A stretch of DNA of 63,918 nt, counting the filler, from Acidimicrobiia bacterium (GTDB taxonomy: Bacteria > Actinomycetota > Acidimicrobiia > Spongiisociales > CAZKJJ01), in the NCBI GenBank assembly GCA_046759765.1. It is 7 parts of 7 records of this genome, joined end to end, with 100 filler letters (N's around TTAATTAATTAA, not from the genome) between each part and the next. Parts side by side here need not be neighbours in the genome. Positions count along the whole stretch, not along the records: positions 55,697 to 63,918 come from JBHICV010000115.1; 6 more parts are not named here. One strand, 5' to 3'. A program made the translations under genes and the position numbers. The notes beneath the pieces are model-generated. The model did no database searches, was not told where the DNA came from, and saw nothing but the letters and a program-made list of their open reading frames with translations. Position 1 is the first letter of the stretch. Every line of letters begins with the position of its first letter. Below, piece after piece: positions 59,968 through 63,918 of the stretch.

Positions 59968-62583
59968 TCAGGTGTCGAGTCGGTCGAGGGCGTAGGCGAG
60001 GGCTTCTTCGACTCCCATGGCCTGGCCTCGCTGCCACGCCACGGTGAATGCTCGCTTTCCAAGGGCGGCCTCGGCCTCTCCGAGGACTTCGTCTTTGGAG
60101 AGGAAGCTCTCGTCAATGGGATGGCGCACACCGCTGTCGGCTCTCAGGACATCGGTGGCTCCCAGCAGGACCGTGGCCGTTTCTGGGTCCCCGGTTCCGA
60201 GCGCCCAGGCGGCGGCGCTGTCCAGGCAGTGGGCGGTGCATTGTGGACTGACGATTTGGCGGTACAACCCCAGTGCCTCGCGGAGAAGGGGACCGGCTGT
60301 CTGGTAGTCGCCTCCGTACCAGCGGGCCGCTGCTGAGATCTCGGTGCCGTGAGCCTGAAAGTGGAGAGAGCCGAGGCGTCGATTCACCGCTTCGAGCTCG
60401 TCGACCAATTCCAGAGCGCGGGCGTGTTCTCCGTACTGCAGCTCCCAGTGCGCCAGCACCCAGAGGGAGGTCAACACCCCGACCAGGTCCTCGACCTCAC
60501 AAAACCCTGCGAGGGCGGCGTCGAACCCGGCGCGCAGCTCCCCCGGGTCGATCTGGCCCCACTGTGTCCGCACTAGGTAGTGGAGGGCGTAGGCAGCGCC
60601 GCGTGTCTCCCCAAGGCCTTGAAACAGCGCCAGGCTGCGTTCCAGCAGCTCGGCCGCCCGCTCATACTCGCGCTGGTCCTGCTGTGCCCTCAAGGCACCG
60701 CCGGTGAACACCGCCCAAGCCATGACCTCGTCCGACACCTGTGGTGAGGCGGCGAGGTACCGATCTACCCAGCGGACACCCTCCCGTACTCCATGGGACC
60801 ACCAGTACCGGTACAGCGACGCCACAACGCCCATCCCGGTGGCCGGGTCTCCGCCCTCTCGCGCCCACTGCATGGCGGCTCGGAAGTTGTCCAGCTCGGT
60901 CTCCACCCTGGCGAGCCAGGCCGCCTGGTCGGGTCCCTCGAGGTGGGCCGCCGCGGCGCGGGCCAACTCAGCGGCCCAGGCCAGGTGAGCGTTCCTGACC
61001 TCCGCGGCTCCATCGCCCAGCTGCTGCTGCCCAAACGCCGCCACCGTCTCCAGCATCCGATAGCGGATGTCTTCATCGTGGGGCTCAGCAATGAGGAGCG
61101 ACTTCTCGACCAGGGAGGTCACACCTTCGACCACCTCACCACCAGCAACTTGGTTAGCGGCCTCGAGGTCGAACCCACCGGCGAACACCGAAAGCCACTG
61201 CAGGAGGCGCTGCTCATCCGGGGAGAGAAGCGCGTAGCTCCACGCCACTGCCCCCTCGAGTGTTCGTTGCCGGGGAAGGGCGGCGCGGCTTCCTCCGGTG
61301 AGCAAGGCGAAGCGATCGTCAAGGCGGCTAGCGATCTGTTGTACCGAAAGGGCCCGTACGCGGGCCGCGGCCAGTTCCAGAGCCAGGGGCAACCCGTCGA
61401 GGCGCCGGCAGATCTGTGCAACGGCAGGAGCATCATCATCCCCTATAGCTAGATCGGGTCGGGCAGCCCGGGCTCGCTCGAGGAAGAGCTGCACCGCTTC
61501 GAACCCCATAAGCTTGTCGATCGAGGAGTCGTGAGCGTCTGCTGGTACAGCCATCGCCGGCACCTGCAATGAGGTCTCGCCCGACAGGTTGAGCGCCTCC
61601 CGGCTGGTAGCCAGCACCCGCAGCCTCGGAGCGGTCTCCAGCAATCTCAAGGTCAGGTCAGCGACCGGCTCAATGAGGTGCTCACAGTTGTCCAACACCA
61701 AGAGCAGCTCCCGGTCACTGAGGAAGCTACTGAGAACATCCGACCAGGTCCGCCCCGGCTTCTCCGCCAGCTGGAGAGATCCAGCTACTTCTCGGGGTAC
61801 CAGCTCGGGGTCTTTTAATGCGGCGAGGCCGACAAACCACGCCCCGTCTGGAAAATCGCCCAGCATCTCGGCGGCGACTTGCAGAGCTAATCGCGTCTTG
61901 CCCGACCCGCCAGCGCCGGTGAGTGTCAGCAGCCGGGTGGCTGCAAGCAGCCGGGAGACTTCAACGACCTCGACCTCGCGTCCCACGAAAGTCGATGCCG
62001 AAGCCGGCAGGTTGTTGGGAAACCCTTCGAGGGACTGCAACGGCGGAAACTCCTGGCGCAACTCCTCGTGCAGGACCTGAAAGACGCGCAGCGGCTGGGA
62101 GAGATCGCGCAGCCGGTGCATACCGAGATCCCGCAGCGAAGCCCCCTCCGGCATCTGGTCGCCGACCAGCTCACCGGTGATGCCGGAGAGTAGAATCTGG
62201 CCGCCGTGGCCTACGCTCATTAGCCGAGCCGCTCGGTTGACTTCCGGCCCGAAGTAGTCGCCACGCCGTGGAATCACTTCGCCGCGGTGGACCCCCATCC
62301 GCACCGGTAGCGAATCCAGCTCGCCCCACGGCTGGGCAGTGAGCGCCTGTTGGGCAGCCAACGCGGCGGCCACTGCGTGCCTTGAGTGCCCGAACACCGC
62401 GAACACGCCGTCGCCGGTCTGTTTGACCACCTTGCCCGAATGGGCCTCGATCGCTGTACGAAGGATGTCGTCGTGGTGGGCCAGCGCTGCCTTCATTTCC
62501 TCCGGCTGGGCTTCCCACAGCCGTGTGGAACCCTCGATGTCAGTGAACAGGAAGGTGACCGTGCCGGTAGGACGATCGGACAT
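59968..62583 (-). CDS. Class III adenylate/guanylate cyclase + STAND ATPase + TPR protein
   Basis: TFLFTDIEGST, VNRAARL, GAGGSGKTRLA, LVLDNCEH, LDGLPLALELAAAR. Confidence 0.93.
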   Translation of the reverse strand: MSDRPTGTVTFLFTDIEGSTRLWEAQPEEMKAALAHHDDILRTAIEAHSGKVVKQTGDGVFAVFGHSRHAVAAALAAQQALTAQPWGELDSLPVRMGVHRGEVIPRRGDYFGPEVNRAARLMSVGHGGQILLSGITGELVGDQMPEGASLRDLGMHRLRDLSQPLRVFQVLHEELRQEFPPLQSLEGFPNNLPASASTFVGREVEVVEVSRLLAATRLLTLTGAGGSGKTRLALQVAAEMLGDFPDGAWFVGLAALKDPELVPREVAGSLQLAEKPGRTWSDVLSSFLSDRELLLVLDNCEHLIEPVADLTLRLLETAPRLRVLATSREALNLSGETSLQVPAMAVPADAHDSSIDKLMGFEAVQLFLERARAARPDLAIGDDDAPAVAQICRRLDGLPLALELAAARVRALSVQQIASRLDDRFALLTGGSRAALPRQRTLEGAVAWSYALLSPDEQRLLQWLSVFAGGFDLEAANQVAGGEVVEGVTSLVEKSLLIAEPHDEDIRYRMLETVAAFGQQQLGDGAAEVRNAHLAWAAELARAAAAHLEGPDQAAWLARVETELDNFRAAMQWAREGGDPATGMGVVASLYRYWWSHGVREGVRWVDRYLAASPQVSDEVMAWAVFTGGALRAQQDQREYERAAELLERSLALFQGLGETRGAAYALHYLVRTQWGQIDPGELRAGFDAALAGFCEVEDLVGVLTSLWVLAHWELQYGEHARALELVDELEAVNRRLGSLHFQAHGTEISAAARWYGGDYQTAGPLLREALGLYRQIVSPQCTAHCLDSAAAWALGTGDPETATVLLGATDVLRADSGVRHPIDESFLSKDEVLGEAEAALGKRAFTVAWQRGQAMGVEEALAYALDRLDT

Positions 62584-62671
62584 GGCGCCTCCAGGCTGAA
62601 CCGTACTCCGACGAGAGCAGTAGTGACAGGCCAATTAGAGCGCGCGCCGTGGCCTCAGACTCCCAGACGAG

Positions 62672-62708
62672 ACCACCCATATCGGCTGCCGCCTCAAGGA
62701 TGAACGCA
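62672..62708 (+). mobile_element. Left half of dif-like site fused to a solo IS30-family end
   Basis: ACCACCCATAT-CGGC then TGCCGCCTCAAGGATGAACGCA, near-identical to the IR at 22889-22864. Confidence 0.8.
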
Positions 62709-62740
62709 GGACACGCAACCCCACTGGGCCAGTCGCACTC

Positions 62741-63580
62741 TTACGACGAGCCTTGCGCCTCTCGTGAGGCCTTCCACTCGTCTAGGTGCAGGTTCAGGAA
62801 TTCGGCGCAGCGGGGGGTGGCCCAGTCAGGAAAGGGGTCGCGTCCACAGGCTTCGATCCTCTCGGCATCGTAGTTTTCGGCGAGCCACTGAGCGAGCGCA
62901 TCTGCGGCCTGGGAGTGTGGGGTCGAGAAAAACGCTGGTGGGTACGTGTTTTCGGTGATGATCCCGTCGTCGATAACGAACTGGGCTTGTTGGGGCCGGT
63001 CCTCGGTACCGAAGGCCCTGTTGATGTTGGTGTTGACCATTAGCTGGCAGAAGACGACCTGCCCTTCGTAGGCGGTTGCTGGCGGAGCCTCGCAGTCGGT
63101 GATGACCCATTCGGCTCCGATCAGGTACTGGAAAAGGAAGGCATCCCTGACCGCCTGCTGTGACAGGGGCGGCTCCCCTGGTAGCGGCTTGACCACTGCC
63201 CCTTCGGCGTGCAGGGCCATGAAGGTTTCCACGTCGCCCGCGTTCCAGGCCGCGTACAGGGCCTCAACCACCCCAATGGGATCAACCACTTGCCTAGACA
63301 CCGGCGCGGTTGTTGAAGGAGCAGGCGGCTCGGCTAGCGGAGCCTCTCTGACCCTCGGTTGGGAAAACACTACGAGCAATCCGCCGAAAACGATCACCGC
63401 CGCCGCAGCCGCAGCCGCGATCAACCATTTGGGCCGCTTCCTTGGTTTTTCGGGCGGGAGCAGTTGGATCGGAGTCGTATCGGAGACCGTGGCGAGCACA
63501 TCCTCTAGGTCGAGGGTGGGGAGCTCCTGTTCGAAGAACTCGGTATACGAGCGAAGCTGACGGTCAATTGATGCGGTCAT
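62741..63580 (-). CDS. Membrane-anchored SnoaL/NTF2-like protein (putative anti-sigma)
   Basis: TM helix, Pro-rich linker, VEALYAAWNAGDVETFMAL; start overlaps sigma stop (ATGA). Confidence 0.7.
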   Translation of the reverse strand: MTASIDRQLRSYTEFFEQELPTLDLEDVLATVSDTTPIQLLPPEKPRKRPKWLIAAAAAAAVIVFGGLLVVFSQPRVREAPLAEPPAPSTTAPVSRQVVDPIGVVEALYAAWNAGDVETFMALHAEGAVVKPLPGEPPLSQQAVRDAFLFQYLIGAEWVITDCEAPPATAYEGQVVFCQLMVNTNINRAFGTEDRPQQAQFVIDDGIITENTYPPAFFSTPHSQAADALAQWLAENYDAERIEACGRDPFPDWATPRCAEFLNLHLDEWKASREAQGSS

Positions 63581-63918
63581 CTTTCCACTCCTAATGCTCT
63601 TCGTAGCTTGCGTTCGCCACGTTCCAGATGCTTGCGCACCGTCGAGACAGAGACCCCCAGCACCGTGGCGGTTTCTCCCAGTGTCCACTCGAAACCGTGC
63701 ACAAGCCAGACCGCGGAACGTTGCTGTTGGGTCAGCCGACCCAACGCCTTGGGCAACCCCGGTTCCACCCAAGGAAACCGCGCAACTGGCGCCTCCGGGA
63801 ATACCGGCCGGGACCGATTGCGGGACCGGGCCCGGGATCTACCCACCTGATACAGATACCCCGCCGGGTTCTCCATCTGACGGACCCTTTCCCAATGCTC
63901 CCAGCCATAGGCCAAGGC
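63577..63918 (-). CDS. ECF sigma factor, 3' part (5'-truncated)
   Basis: NPAGYLY, LTQQQRSAVWLVHG, ETATVLGVSVSTVRKHLERG region 4. Confidence 0.88.
   Translation of the reverse strand, partial: ALAYGWEHWERVRQMENPAGYLYQVGRSRARSRNRSRPVFPEAPVARFPWVEPGLPKALGRLTQQQRSAVWLVHGFEWTLGETATVLGVSVSTVRKHLERGERKLRRALGVER

Overview
GC-rich actinobacterial DNA, probably an Acidimicrobiia-type metagenome bin (inferred from gene content). It is not one locus: seven ~9 kb contigs are joined by six artificial 100-nt N/TTAATTAATTAA/N linkers, so adjacency across linkers is meaningless. Most of it is housekeeping or typical accessory content: coxE/xdhC, serA-serC-DUF1015, disA-carD-PIN/TRAM-ispD-ispF-cysS-rlmB-tRNA-Thr, lgt, arsR-arsM, a LIV-type ABC cluster with an acyl-CoA ligase, htrA, archease-rtcB, a large CSLREA surface protein, tRNA-Gly/Cys/Val, dut, nrdR-LysM-lexA with four SOS boxes, dapF-miaA-miaB-rny-recA, a heme-type ABC transporter and an adenylate cyclase-ATPase-TPR protein. 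The standout is a family of 28-bp sites with 11-6-11 architecture (consensus ~wCCGCCCATAT-CGGCAC-ATATGCGCTAs), reminiscent of dif/Xer sites. They separate mostly single-gene modules across 22.9-28.0 kb and recur on two other contigs. IS30-family ends abut the central GC of this site at three independent loci, and three sites carry expanded, scar-like spacers. This suggests a cassette-array system targeted (or built) by an IS30 element; no intact recombinase is in the window, so the mechanism is inference. Also notable: CarD with an N-terminal histone-H1-like tail, a structured leader with a short ORF upstream of serA, and a probable CTG start for miaA.
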